The notes under the pieces are model-generated. The model searched no databases, had not been told where the DNA came from, and was given only the letters and a program-made list of their open reading frames with translations. DNA of 62,347 bases, the filler included. It is 12 parts of 12 records of this genome, joined end to end, with 100 filler letters (N's around TTAATTAATTAA, not from the genome) between each part and the next. Parts side by side here need not be neighbours in the genome. Positions count along the whole stretch, not along the records: positions 31,508 to 38,862 come from SRR15195285_5242; positions 38,963 to 46,426 come from SRR15195285_5243; positions 46,527 to 52,200 come from SRR15195285_5245; 9 more parts are not named here. One strand, 5' to 3'. Of this stretch, positions 37,301-49,995 are shown piece after piece. The translations under genes were made by a program, and so were the position numbers. Within the stretch, counting starts at the first letter, position 1. The number at the start of each line of letters is the position of its first letter.

Positions 37301-38669
37301 TCTTGAACACTTTTGCGGCCTGCTCGCTTGTCGTGCAGGCACCGAGGATGCGGTTGACCAGGTTCATCTTGGGCGAGTAGCCAGCATTGATCATGCCTTG
37401 CATAGCTTTCATGGACAGCGTCACGTCACTGCCCATGCAGCAGCAGGCCAAAAGCGAGGCGTAAGATTCCTCGTCCGGCGTCTGCCCGGACTTCTGCAGG
37501 AGTTTGAACGCCGAGACTCCTTCGTCAGTGGCTCCGTCTCGTGTGCACGCGGCTAGCAGCTTGTTGAATGTGAACACGGTCAGCTCCATCTCGATCTCGA
37601 GACCCTTCGCACCAATCTGCAACGCCATCGTCAAGTCGCCGCGGCCGCCGCGGTCGGCGAGACTCTGCATGATGCCATTGTACGCCGACGAGTCCGGTCG
37701 ATGCCCGGTTTTGTCCATGCTCACCAGGACGCGGGCAGCTACCTCGGGCTTGCCGTCACGAATGAGCGCGCGCAGCAGGTGGTCGTACGTGGCAGCGTTC
37801 GGCTTGATGCCACGAGAGCGCATGAGCTCATATGTGGTAATGGCTACCGCCGAGGGAAGCTGCGTGTCGTTCACCAGCTTGAGCAGCGCGTTGTACACCG
37901 CGGCAGGGGACTGGGCCATGGCGGCGCGTGCACCGTGCCACTCGAGCAGGGCATCCAGTGCCTCCTGTACCTCCCCGCGAGCGAGGAGAGCCCGCAGACG
38001 CTGGTGCCAGGTGACGCCGTGCCACAGCAGATTGACCTGCTCCTTGGATTCTACCACGCTAAGTTCGCCGTCAGGCGCCGTGTCCACCAGGGCAAGCTGG
38101 GCGCTGTTGCCGAAGTCCTCCGCCCCATTGCGTTCGGTCTCATCGCCCACCTGCAGCACCAGAGAGTCGCCACCGTTGTCGGCAACGCAGTCCAGGATAT
38201 CTTGGTCGCGCAGCACGGCGAACCAGTCCGCGCCGGAGCGGTACTGCAGGCGCTCGATAGCGGCCTCGTCCATGTTGAGTGCGCTCGCAAGGCGGGTCTT
38301 CAGCTCGGCCAGCTTGAGCTCGGCCTGGGTGAGACGGATGTTGACCCACTGCCCAGCAGCCCCGACGCGGATGGAGACCTTGATGCGCCCGTTGCCAGCG
38401 GGGGCGGCGGGCGGCGGTCGCGCCACCAGGGCGCTCCCCGTGCCGGTCTTCGACCGGCTGACAAGCGCGTCCCTTTCCCGTCGAATGCGGGCGCGGTGGC
38501 CAATCTTAGAGATGCCGAGCTCGATCCTGAGGTGATCATCCGTCAGCTGGATGAGCTGCCCGCCGTCAATCCCGTGGTGCTGGAAAGTCGCGACGTACTC
38601 ATCAAGCCCAAGCGACCCGACCCACTCGCACACATCCTCCACCGTGGCGGCGGTCAGATCGGAGCGCAT
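34348..38669 (-). CDS. Multidomain protein: SAM, PB1-like, PPR repeats, coiled coil with 99-aa repeats, Pro-rich linker, two SH3-like modules, GYF_2-like domain
   Basis: SAM: TVEDVCEWVGSLGLDEYVATF..HGIDG..L..LT..HL..ELGI.KIGHR. PPR: GIKPNAATYDHLLRA, PDSSAYNGIM, LTVFTFNKLLAAC, PDEESYASLL. GYF_2-like: DTEVWVDGKLDDWLPY. Intron near 35192-35316. Confidence 0.85.
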
Positions 38670-39146
38670 CCCCCCCTACCCTGCCTAGACCAACCAACAA
38701 ACGGACTGCGGTTGATCCTGATCGCGCTGCGCTTCCTGCGCCTCTTCTCCTCGCTCGCTGCTCGGTTCCGGCTGTGGTCTAGCGACGGCGCGGGGCGGAG
38801 GGGGTTGGGGCGTTCTGCCTCCTCCGGCTCTTCCTCCCCCTCTTCTGCTCCAACACCCGCCTNNNNNNNNNNNNNNNNNNNNNNNNNNNNNNNNNNNNNN
38901 NNNNNNTTAATTAATTAANNNNNNNNNNNNNNNNNNNNNNNNNNNNNNNNNNNNNNNNNNNNCAGCACACAGCACACAGCACACAGCACACACCGCCCCC
39001 CTGGCATCATGGCAGTGCTGGCTGACCGCGCCGTCAGGAGGAGGAGGAGGAGGAGGAGGACGGCGTGAGGTAGAAGAGCCTCTCTCTCTCGCTCTCTCTC
39101 GCTCGCTCTCGCTCTCTGCTGTGGTGCAGAGCTTGTGTTGGCGTCG

Positions 39147-42100
39147 ATGAGCGAGCAGCCGGAGCCGGAGCCGGAGCTAGAGCCGGAGCCGGAGCTGGAG
39201 CCAGGGCAGCCGCCTGGCGCGGATGCGTCGTCCTCACGCTTCGGACGGCTCGGTCGCTTGCAGACGATTACGCGAGTGGCGGGCGCCGCCACCAACCTCA
39301 CGATGCGCGGCCTCGAGGCCACCCGGAACGCCGCGGAGGTTGCGGCGGACAAGACGGCGGCGCTCGTGGACGATGCGGTCGACTCGACGAAGGCGCTGGT
39401 GGACGAGTCTGTGGAGCTCACCACACGGGTCGGTGGGCAGGTGACGGGCAGCGCGAAGAAGGTTGTGCAGGAGACCACCGACCTGGTCGAAGCGTACGCC
39501 GAGGACGGAGTCGAGGGGGTGATCAAGGAAACCAAGACCTGGATCCACGACGACGCGCAGGACGCGCTGCGCGAGGCCGAGGAGAGCCAGCGCAAGCGGG
39601 CGGCTGCTGTGGCAGTAGATGATGCTGGCTCCAGGTACTCCGGTGCCGAGCTGGCCGCCAAGACGGAGGCCCAGCTGCGACGCATGTGTGAGGACGAGAG
39701 CGCCATCAAAGACGGTGCGATCGGGGAGGCGTACTCCGCACAGGATCGGAAGCAGGCCTTCATGGACCTGCTGCTTGGCGTGCGGAAGGAAGTCGACGAG
39801 GGTGCGGCCGAGCATCCGGGCGGCGTGGACGCGCCGGGCGCTGCGGATGCAGACAACGACGCGCGAGTAATCGCCCCAGCGGTGGAACCAGTGCTTGAGA
39901 AGTACTTACGACTGAAGTTCCAAGGCAGCGAACAATCTATACCGCGAGCAGGGGCGGATAATGTGGGGGCAGAGTCGACGATGGAGGAGCTCCAGGAGTA
40001 CAGAGCATACTTGCTCATGCAGGAAGGTATGCCGCTTCCGCCCGCAGTGAAGGCGAGGGAGCTCCCGAAGTATGTAGTCGAACAGCCCGCAATCCTGCGG
40101 GTTGGCTTTGAGCTAAACTCTCCGAAGTGCCCCGAGGCACTACAGATAGGGGAGATCATCGAGGTAGTCGAAAGTGCAAAAGCTCCTGACAGCGGCGTCC
40201 TGCGTCTCCGATGCAGCAGAGGGTGGGCAAGTGAGCGAGCCTCCGACGGGACTGCGCTGCTTGTCCCAAAGTTGACTGAAGAGGAGGAACGGGCACTAAA
40301 ATTGCAGAAGGAACTTGAGTTGCAGAATAAATTAAGAGCCCAGCTGGCTGCCAACGCTGCAGAGCTGCAGTTTGAAGCTGCTAGGCGGGCAGTCGCGCGA
40401 GGGCTCCCGATGGAAGCAGTTGCACAGCTAAAACTTGCCGCCGAGACCGACAAAAGTCGCACCACCGAAGCAATTGAACAGATCTTTGACACTGGAAACA
40501 GGACAGTCAGATCAGGGCGTTTGAAAGATGCTGTTGCTGTATTCAACGCGGGTCTTGAGGTAGACCCGGACAACGCGGCAATGCAAGAGGGGCTGGAAAG
40601 AGCAATTGAGCAGCTGCGCCAAGCTGAGTTTGGCCGCGCTCGTGACGACTATATCTTAGAGATTCTAAACGAACAGTCGTCTTGCGTTGATCCTGTTACT
40701 GGTCGAAAGGCTTTGCTCAGTGACATGAGCTACACACTCCGCGTCCTCGCTGGCATGGAACGAGCGAAGTTGCGAGACCAGATCTACTCCAGGGAGCCGG
40801 CTGCAGGATTGTTAGAGGACAACTCCGTTTACGAGCAGCGTGCGCTGGGAGGCACACATTCCGATGATGCCGTGGAGGACTCGGCTGAAATTTTGCTTGA
40901 TGAGCAGAGTACTGATGGAAACCTGCACCACGCTATTGTCATAGGCCCTCCGTACTCGGGTCGGTCATCTCTGTTGCGTAAGCTGGCATACATGGCAGCC
41001 GTCGCCGCACGCGACGACCGCGCTCGCCCACTTCCCGTTTTGATCGACTTGGGTGAGCTGGCGTCACAGTGCAGCAAGGGCAACGATTCTATCGACGCCC
41101 TCGCGCTTGTCAAGTCAAAGATTCCAGTGGAGCAATACAAAATGCTAGAAGATGCGTTTCATCGCCAAGGTGTGATTTTTCTGTGCGACAATATGGACCG
41201 GTGCGGCCAGTATTACAAAAGGATTGCCTCGTATTTGGTCAACACACTGTCAACTTCTGCACGAGTTGTTGCCACAAGTACTTTCTCACGATTTAAACAC
41301 CAGCATCTGTTCGCAAGATTTGGAGTGGTACAGCTGGAGTCGCTGAGCTTGGATGCCCAACAGAAGACAGCCAGGGCTCGCTTGTCTACGAGCAAGTATG
41401 CTGGTTTTGACGAGCTACTGAATATCCCTGCAGTATTGCTCTTTGCACAGTCTCCGTTGACGCTATGCTTGGTGGTGGAGTTGTTCAGCTCGGACAAATT
41501 GACAAGTAGCCGGTCCACATCTCGCAGTGGACTGTACGAGCTGTCAGCTCAACTTATGATCGAACGAATGGCTCGGAAGTGTGGCGACCAAGTGCTAGGC
41601 GAGCTCGGACTGACCGCTGCAGGCGGGACTGATGGACAGTTCTGGTTGTTTCTCGAAGCTCTTGCTTTCTTGCTGCACACTAATGGCTCACGCGACTTTG
41701 AGCAGGAAGATGTGCGGGAGCTTGGCGCTGATGAATATCAGCTATGGCGAACGGTCGTGCCAGTGTTGGGCTTATGTAGCGCGCCGATCCTGTGCCAGCT
41801 CCCTCCTACGGAAGTGATGGACTACGAAGACAGTCCAGTGAAGAACGGCAGTATACGTGGAACTTGGAGATTTACGCACGTGGCGATCCAGGAGTACGTA
41901 TTCCGGGAACGAATTGCGCTGTTTCGTCTCCCCCTATTTTTGAACTCAAGCTTGATTGTCTCAATGCTTGTATGCATGGTCAGGTACTTCTTCTCTCGTG
42001 CGTTGATGAAGCGATTGGTAGAAATGTCCACGTCTCAGCTTGCCGATGAGCTATCAGACATGCTCTACAACGAATGGTTCCGAGAGCCGCTTCTGATCGT

Positions 42101-45100
42101 TGCATCGTGTGCCGAGGACGATGTCCTCAGTAGGATCATAACCTGTGTCCTCTCTGATCTTGATACCACAGGGGCACGAGAGATGTTCGCGCTGCAGCTA
42201 CTAGAAGAGCGCCCGGAGTTCGCGCAAGAAGCATCATACAGACGGCTTGCGACTGACCGCCGGCGTGAGCGTGTGTTGACAACGCTTACGCAAGCTCTTG
42301 CGCATCCTTGCGGCGCTGTTCGTGACAACTGCATGAATGATTTGAGAGTGGTTGGCCTTCCACCGGACGCGGTAGCAAAACTTCTAGTGGGTGCTATTCG
42401 CAAATCCCGTCGTGCCCAAAAGTGGATCCAGTTGACGTATCTACTTCACTCGGTGACTGCGATGCGAATCAAAGAGGCCGACGTAGCGTTGGCAGAGGCC
42501 GTAGCAGATCTTATCACACCAACAAGTGACATCCGAGTGGTTAGCGCAGCCGCCAAATGTCTGCGCCGGTTGCGCAGTTCTAGTGATAGGATTGTATCAG
42601 CGCTCGGAAATTACGTTCAGTTGGGTCACACTTCAGGGCTACCGGAGGTGACGCAGACTCTGGGTCGTTTGGGTGTGGAGTGGGAGGCTATAACTCAGCT
42701 GCTAGAGAAACGCTTAATAGACGTGTCAAAGGGACGATCATCGGGAAAATTCTCGCAACGCGAGATAAATCAGCTGTATAAGGATGTAATAGAAGCTCTT
42801 GCTGGAGCAGGAGAGCACCATGCTGAGGAGGTATGCGGGTTATTACAGAACGCCTTAGTGCATGCATCTAGTGAAGTTGTGTGTGCTGGTGCCCGAGCAC
42901 TTGGGAGTATCGGCCAAAGTGAGCAGGTTGCGTCCTGGGTGCTTAGCCGGATCACATCTCGGCATGCGTTGCCTCAAAAGCTTGCCGCGATCACGGCACT
43001 GCGTGCTCTAGCACAGGGACAGATTGAGGGAGATGCTTGTCAAATCAGCCCGGAAGTGATTGAGACTTTCATCGCTGCGCTTAGAGAAGTATCTATAGAA
43101 GTGAGGCGTGCTGCAACGAATGAGATGAAGCTCGTCGTCCCAGCCATTGTGGATCGCGAGGTATCCGAAGCGTTGAGAGAATTGGTTGCCGACACAAGGC
43201 TGGACATTGCACTGCGACTGGACGCTGCAGAATGTATGACAGCGGTATACATAGAGGCGCTACGTCTCGGCGGAGGGTCAAGGACCGACCTAACGATGGA
43301 AAAGGTTTTAGAGAGGAGACGAAAACACAGGCAACAGGCATCGCAGGAAGATCTTGAAGACGAACGTCGGCAGCGTGAAATAGATCGACACTGCCGGGCA
43401 TCAATGGAGGTTGCTGAGGGGTTGGAAGAGACCTTGCGTGAGATGATGGAGAACTGCAGGGATTCCGGCGATTCTGCCAGTGGCGGAGTCAGCTCTCGAA
43501 GAATCTCAGAGTGGGATATACGCCGTCGTGCTGCTCACGTACTCGTAGACATGGCTGCAGCTGCACGGAAAGGCACCAATAGCCGCCTGCTAACTGTCTT
43601 GCTATCTTGGGCACGTGAAGATGTTTCGCGTGCAGAGGCTTTCGTGCTTCTCGGCCAGCTTGGCTCGCGTCGTCAGCGTGTGCGCGAGGTACTTGTCGAC
43701 GCTATTTCTGACAGCAGCGACCGGCCTGGATACCTCGAGGCAGCGAGTGCTTTGGCACAGATGTATGCTGGTCGAGGATATAAAGGCGAGGTGGCAGTAC
43801 AGGAGGCAGTTGAGTCTGCGCTGATAGAGATGTTGCTACGGTCATCAGACGAAGACGGACATCGCGAGGGCGAAGCCATGGCTGTCCGAGCTCTAGTTGC
43901 TCTGTATTCACCACGCGCAATGCACGGAGACGATGCTACAGAGGACTCGCGGCTCATTGAGGTGACATTTATGAAGCCCGGTTCACTCGGTATCTCGTTT
44001 GGCTCGCGTGGCTTGGACGTGCCACCCTTTATCACCGCGATTAAACCGGCTACAGAAGCGGCCGATTTTGAAGAGCTCGTCTATGGGTTGGTGCTCAAGA
44101 AAGTCCAAGACAAGGACGTGCTGGGCTTTACAGATGCAATCGACTACATCAAAAACTCAGGGAGGCCAGTGTCACTAACATTTTTCCAGCCGCCGGCGGA
44201 GGCTACAAATTCCAGCAGCGTAAGGGCTGGAACTGCTGGTGTGGGTGATCATAATGATGAAATGATGGAGCCACCTGGCGTGGATGCGACACAGGAGGAG
44301 CTAGATGCATACAAGGAGTGGCTGCTGCTTGTGCATGAAGAGAGAAAGCCAGTTGCTGCGAATACCACTGTGGAAGCTGGCGAGCAGCAGACTGTGTACA
44401 ACTCGTTGCTTCCGCAGCACTCGCGACTATTATTGCAGCGGCTTGCAGCATTCTTTCACGACGTCGAGATGCACACGCTCTGGGTGCTAGCCGCGAAGAC
44501 CGTGATGGAGTTTGCTGCCGGACCATCTGTCGAGGCTGTTGCGACCGCCCACAGGAATAATCTGATGGAGACGGCTGAGGTTGCGCGCGAGGCTGGGATA
44601 GAAGCATTGGAGCACACTCTGTGCCACGCCCCAAGTGCTGTTGTGGCGAACGTCGCCGCGAAGGCGCTCCAGGTCTTGAACGCACAATCCGATGCGCTTT
44701 CTGCGCACCTGGTCACGCAGCTTGGCAATTGGCCGATAGAAGAAGGAACGATCATTGGAGCGCTAACTCTACACGATTCGGCAGTCTTGCGACAGCTGCT
44801 ACAATACGCGGCGGTGCGATCTTTTCGGCCTCGCGCAATTTTTGTGTGGGCACAGTCTATTCCTGCCTGCTATCTTGTTCGTTTCTGTTTGCCATCCCAA
44901 TCGCTGTTTTTCTTACCGAAGCAAGTAGCAGCAAGTCTTTTAAGAGCAGTTTCGTTTGTTTGCTCGCCAGGCCCCCGCCAGTGGTGACGCCGCGACTCAA
45001 CGCCGTGCCGAACGCGCTCGGGAGACGGCTGTGGCAGTCTTGACAGCGATTGTGATCACCACAGACCTCCAGGCATCTATCTGCATCGAAGCCCTTCCTA

Positions 45101-45502
45101 CTGCAGCCTCTGGGGCGTTCTTGTGCGGACCACTGCTGCGCTACTTCCGAGGCAGCCGGCTGGCCGACTCTCGCTGGAGGTTGAAAGAAAACCTCCATAT
45201 GCAGCTGCTGCAGTTAAAACTAGCATACCCAGACTGTCTCGACGTGGCAATTCTCTTGCAAGTGAGTTTTCAAATCGCCTCCATGAAGCTGCCGCAACAA
45301 TGCGTGATGCGTAGAAATCCGAGCGAGTTATTGTCCTGTCGTGCTGTCTCGGTTGTACGCGCAGCACTTACGGTCGGACGGAGCGTTGATGCAAACCGAG
45401 GCTGTGGCGCACTGGCAGAGGTCGCCGGAGGTGAAGGCAGCGCAGTCGAACGGTGGCGGCTGGGCCGCGACCTTCAAAGGCTTACTGAGTGGTGGCGAAT
45501 AG
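39147..45502 (+). CDS. STAND/NACHT-like NTPase with SH3-like, TPR, HEAT-repeat and PDZ domains (NLR-like architecture)
   Basis: Walker A-like IVIGPPYSGRSSLLRKLA (about 40944); Walker B IFLCDNMD; VVATS; SPLTLCLV; SRSGLYE; LEALAF; WRFTHVAIQEYF after removing in-frame intron 41894-41983. TPR: DAVAVFNAGLEVDPDN. PDZ: KPGSLGISF...GRPVSLTF. Further introns 44814-44970 and 45262-45364. Confidence 0.82.
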
Positions 45503-45894
45503 CAAAAATGAACGGCGCTCACTACAGTAACTATAACAACTGTTATCGTAGATAGATAATCATTTATGCTAGTATACTATCTTGATAGTTTTTGCCAACC
45601 ATTCACGCGTACAGCTGCATAAGTACCCGCGCGCACCATTCTGAGTGTCCGAGATGACTGTCCTAGATTCGAACCGACAACCTGCATGGTGGCACCGCCC
45701 AGATTTTTTGGGTGGGTGGGTGGGTGGGGGGGGGGGCAGTAGAGACCCATCGAACGTACTTGTCCAACGCGAGCTCCACAATCATGCGACTGTCCGTGCC
45801 CGTACACTACTTGATACGTATGTCAGTTGCCCATCGGCAGACCCAAACCTATGTCGAGTGTAGCATTGCAGCGGCAAGGTGGCAAAGTACGTGG

Positions 45895-46320
45895 TCAGCC
45901 ACCACCCCGTTTCAACCCTTCTCCTGCAACCCGAGCCCGCGCATCAGCTGCCCACTGGTGCAGTCTCGCCGGGTCCGCCTGCCGCTGCCTCCCACGTCGC
46001 GGGACCATCTCAACGGCCAGCACACCGTCGGCTGCGAGATCGCTGAGTGCTTGCCCGGCGCCCAGTAGCTCGCCGCCAATGAACAACCTCTGCCGCCACA
46101 CAGGGCATCCGGAGCTCACAGCGAGCGCCTCCATTAGGTGCATCACAAGCAGAGGCGTCGAGTCGGCTCCATCAGCAGGGCCCCGGTCAGCTTGCAATTG
46201 CAGCTCGTGAGTGGGCGAGCCACAGGAGGGGTGCATCGTGACTACCACATGGCACGTCTCTTCCGGTGACACAGCAGCAGCAGCCCCACCGTGACCGCCG
46301 GGCTCGTGCGCCTGCTCCAT
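45895..46320 (-). CDS. Small ubiquitin-like domain protein
   Basis: LMEALAVSSGCPVWRQRLFIGGELL...LSDL resembles the ubiquitin G.P..QRL...G..L motif. Confidence 0.55.
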   Translation of the reverse strand: MEQAHEPGGHGGAAAAVSPEETCHVVVTMHPSCGSPTHELQLQADRGPADGADSTPLLVMHLMEALAVSSGCPVWRQRLFIGGELLGAGQALSDLAADGVLAVEMVPRRGRQRQADPARLHQWAADARARVAGEGLKRGGG

Positions 46321-46526
46321 CGATCGACGTGATCGCTTCGGTCCGCGCGTCAGACAGCACGCTGCGTGGTTTTACTGCATGATACCCGGCGGATTGGGGG
46401 TGCAGCACGGAAAAGCGGCGGAGTTANNNNNNNNNNNNNNNNNNNNNNNNNNNNNNNNNNNNNNNNNNNNTTAATTAATTAANNNNNNNNNNNNNNNNNN
46501 NNNNNNNNNNNNNNNNNNNNNNNNNN

Positions 46527-47706
46527 GGACGACGCGGCCCCGGGAACGCACACGCTGTCGTGGTCGACCATCTCGGTGATCGTGAATCTTGTGTTCATTC
46601 TAGGCTGGGTCGTTTGCTCGTTCTTCGACCTCGGCGTGCGCTGGGACATCGCGGCTGTGCTGTTCTCCAATGCCTTCGGCAAGCTGGCGAAGGTGCCGTT
46701 GCCGAGCTGCACCCGCTGGCCGTTGTACACGCTGTGGAGCTGGGTTGTGCACGCCGACCTGGACGAGGCAGAGAGGCCGCGAACGCAGTACCCCTCGCTC
46801 TCCGAGTTGTTCACGCGCACCCTCAAGCCGGGGCTGCGTCCTATCGGCCCGGGCATGACTTCGCCGGTCGATGGCACTGTACTGGTCTACGGCGACGTGA
46901 TCAACGGCGAGCTGCAGTCGATCAAGGGCATGAGCTACTCGATCTCGCAGTTCCTCGGCTGGTCCGAAGTGGAGAATGCCGAGCTGAAGGCGCAGCGGGA
47001 GCTGCTCGCACGGTTGCAGCGCACGGGTATCACGGGGGAAAGCACCTTGGAGGAGCTGCAGGAGCAGTTCATCCGGCAACCAGATCATCGGCCGCCGGAG
47101 GCGAGCCAGCTCAAGTACTGCGTGATTTATCTCGCCCCCGGAGACTATCACCGGATCCACACGCCAGCCGCGCTCACGGTACGCTCGCGGCGGCACTTCC
47201 CTGGCTCGCTGTTTCCGGTGGCGCCCAAAGCCGCGCGGTGGCTGCCGCAGCTGCATACAATGAATGAGCGGGTTGTGCTCAGCGGCGACTGGGCCCACGG
47301 ATTTTTCTCCATGGCGGCTGTCGGTGCACTGAACGTCGGGTCAATCCGGCTGAAAGCGGAACCAGACTTCTATACCAACACAGTGGCCGCAGCGACGCAA
47401 AATTACGGCGCGAAGAACCTGCAGTGGTTCAACTGGCGGTCACTCGGGACGGAGTTTGCCGAGAGGATCTACGACAAACCCCAGTGTGTGCACAAAGGCG
47501 AGGAGATCGCGACCTTCGATTTTGGCTCGACCGTTGTGCTGATATTTGAATCCCCTGCTGGATTCAGTTGGAATGTGCAGGAAGGCAAGCACGTGAGTAT
47601 GGGCGAAACTATCGGGGCGGTAGGAACGACAGGGGCGACCGACATGAAGTCGATCTTTTACGAGAAAACTGTGGAGTCGCGACGATCGCCGCGCAAGACG
47701 GAATAG
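46527..47706 (+). CDS. psd: Phosphatidylserine decarboxylase (PSD1/PISD type), 5' partial
   Basis: LFTRTLKPGLRPI, SPVDG, IKGMSYS, IYLAPGDYHRIHTP, NERVVL, VGALNVGSI, and the autocleavage motif FDFGSTVVL. Confidence 0.95.
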
Positions 47707-47934
47707 GGTTCGTCTGCCAAGCTGCGAGAACAGAAGCCAGTGCTAATGTACTTCATACGCAGCGTTTGCAAATGAATGTCCAATATTGTTGATTCAGTTC
47801 CGTACTGTGTCAAACCGTGAGCGTGCGTAGCAACAAGCTGGAGTGATTATGCTGTGGCTACAAACTGCGGCGCAAGCCTGAACATTCTTACAATAGCCTT
47901 TTGTTTATTCACGATCCTAATCGATTTGAGTCGC

Positions 47935-49995
47935 CTACTGCTTGAAGCGCCAGGTGGAGTCCTTGTGGTTATACTCTCCCAGATTTCCATCCATCAAGAT
48001 CTCCTTGACATACGCCCTCGGCTGGTCCAATGCGCGCACCAGCTCTGGCAATGTGTAGGTGCCTCCGCTGTGGAAGAGCCGCACCATGTGAGCGATAACT
48101 TGCTCGCGCGGCGCGCGAGTGCGTCTTGGCCGCTTTGCGCGCGGTGCAGTTGGCAGCGACCGCTCCGTTGGCAGCGACCACTGCGTTGCGCCGCTCGTGG
48201 CGTGGTGATAGTACCACTGCCGGGAGTCTTCGTCAAAAAAGCGCTCCCAGCCCTCTGGGAGTGCATCCTCGTCCAATCCCACGCCGCCATCAGCTGCAGC
48301 TGCGCTGATACGAGCCGGTGCCAGTACAGCCGTCTCCGTACGGACCGTCATGACCGGTAGCGACTGCAAAAGTTCGTCGCTGCCCGGGTTTTCGCGCTTA
48401 CGCTTCTGTTGGCTGCACAGCTGAGGCAGTGGCAGTGCCTTCGCAACCGCCTGTGCCTGAGGCAGTGGCAGTGCCTTTGCGACCGCCTGCGATGTCACGG
48501 CCGCAGTACCACTGGTGAGCCAGGTGTTGACCGGGACCTGCTCGGTCATTGTGATGGTGCCGGCTGCGCAAGCTAATCGAGGAGGTGTCGAGTCAGTCGA
48601 CAGCCCCAAGTCGAAGCGCTTATCACTCCGAAGCTTCTTGGCGATCGTCCGGATTGTGTTCTTGGCTTCTGGACCCACCGAGTAGGCTTGCTGCAGCGCC
48701 GTCTCCTCGTTGTCACCGAGATGTTGCAGCGTCAACATGATTATCGCCGTCACCACTGTGACTCCCTTGTGTCCGGCGACAAAACCTCCCATATGTTCAA
48801 GCGCAGCAACCGCAGCGCAACGTGTGCTCCAGTCCACCTTCAGGGAGGCCAGTCGCCGTGACAGGAGCTCACAAAGCTGCGGAAGCTCAGTGCACCGAGC
48901 CAACCGGCGCATCACCTGCTCTAGCCAGCTGTTGCTGCCTGCGGCAGCTTTCACACGCCGGAGACCCTCGGAGAACTGGCGATCTGTCAGGTTGAGCCCG
49001 GTGGTGACCTCGAGCACGGTGCGAGTGCTGCCAGGCGTTGCCTTCGCAGCGAGGTAAATCACCGCAGCATGGGTGCTGGTGACGTTCAGCCGATGCGGAC
49101 GCAGCCTCATTGGCTGAGAGCACACCTTACAGGACTTCTTCTGTGCCAGCCACTTGCCAGACTCCTCGCAGCTTGCGCAGACTCCATGTCCGCAGAGAGC
49201 CACCTGGATCGATGATTTCTGAGGCTCGGCGGCGCAGAGCACGCATGTCGGTGTCGGCGGCTCGAGCACAGCGTGCAGCATCTTGCGTGCCAGCTGAATG
49301 GCATCCGCTGAGAGCCGCAGCATGCTGCAGCGTGCTTCCACCGCCCGAAGCCCCACTTGAGTGTGGCTTGGGCGGTTCATCGAGCGGCAGATGCGGGCGA
49401 TGGCAGAGCTCTGGGAGCCTGGAGCGCCCTGCACGAACGTGCCCATCTGCTGCTCCACTGGCAACAGAGGATCGAACGTCCCGCCGACGCGGCTGTCTGC
49501 GAACTCATCCTCGTCCTCCTTGAAGGAGCGGGCTTCGCCGTTCACGCCATGGTCAACGGTGGAGGCACAGATCTCAAGGCCGCAACTTGTGCAGACGATG
49601 GATCCGTGGTCCTCTGTTAGATGGACGCAGACACAACACTAGCGTCAATCTGTGTTGCTGCTTTTGCCTACTAGTTGCGCACGAGCGCGCGGCACGATCG
49701 TGCGGTGACGGCGGAGGAGAAAGAGGGGGAGAGCAGCAGCGGCGGCAGCGACGGCGGGCAAGACGGCGGGTTGAGGCGGCTCTAGATACTTTGACAGACC
49801 TATGCACTCCGCGCGTGGTCCACAGTCGGGACACTTCCAGACCCACGCGCCCGTCTGGTCCTTGTACCCGAGGGCAGAGGTCCGAGGCGGGCGGCGGGAT
49901 GCCGGTGCGCTGGCAGTGCCGACCGGGCCGGCGCGAGCAGAGGCCGCGCCCAAGGCGGCGGCCGCCTGGACACGGCTGGCAAGGTTGAAGGACAT
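47935..49995 (-). CDS. TFIIB-related factor with an inserted RING finger, a WW domain and a C-terminal TFIIF-beta-like winged helix; 2 exons
   Basis: Intron 49614-49799 joins CPDC to CTSCG (Zn ribbon). B-reader EARSF...DSRVGGTFDPLL; cyclin repeats (AAVIYLAAK...RTVLEV); C3HC4 RING 49120-49245; WW LPEGWERFFD...YYHHATSGATQWSLP; terminal LFHSGGTYTLPELVRALDQPRAYVKEIL. Confidence 0.85.

Noticed and set aside
36466-40573. Long antisense ORFs (for example 36466-37380, 37504-38535, 38915-40573)
   Set aside because: Shadow frames of GC-rich coding genes, with Ser/Ala-rich nonsense composition.
45660-45700. Minus-strand GGTTCGAATC B-box suggesting a tRNA or SINE
   Set aside because: The T-stem does not pair, and there is no cloverleaf or A-box.
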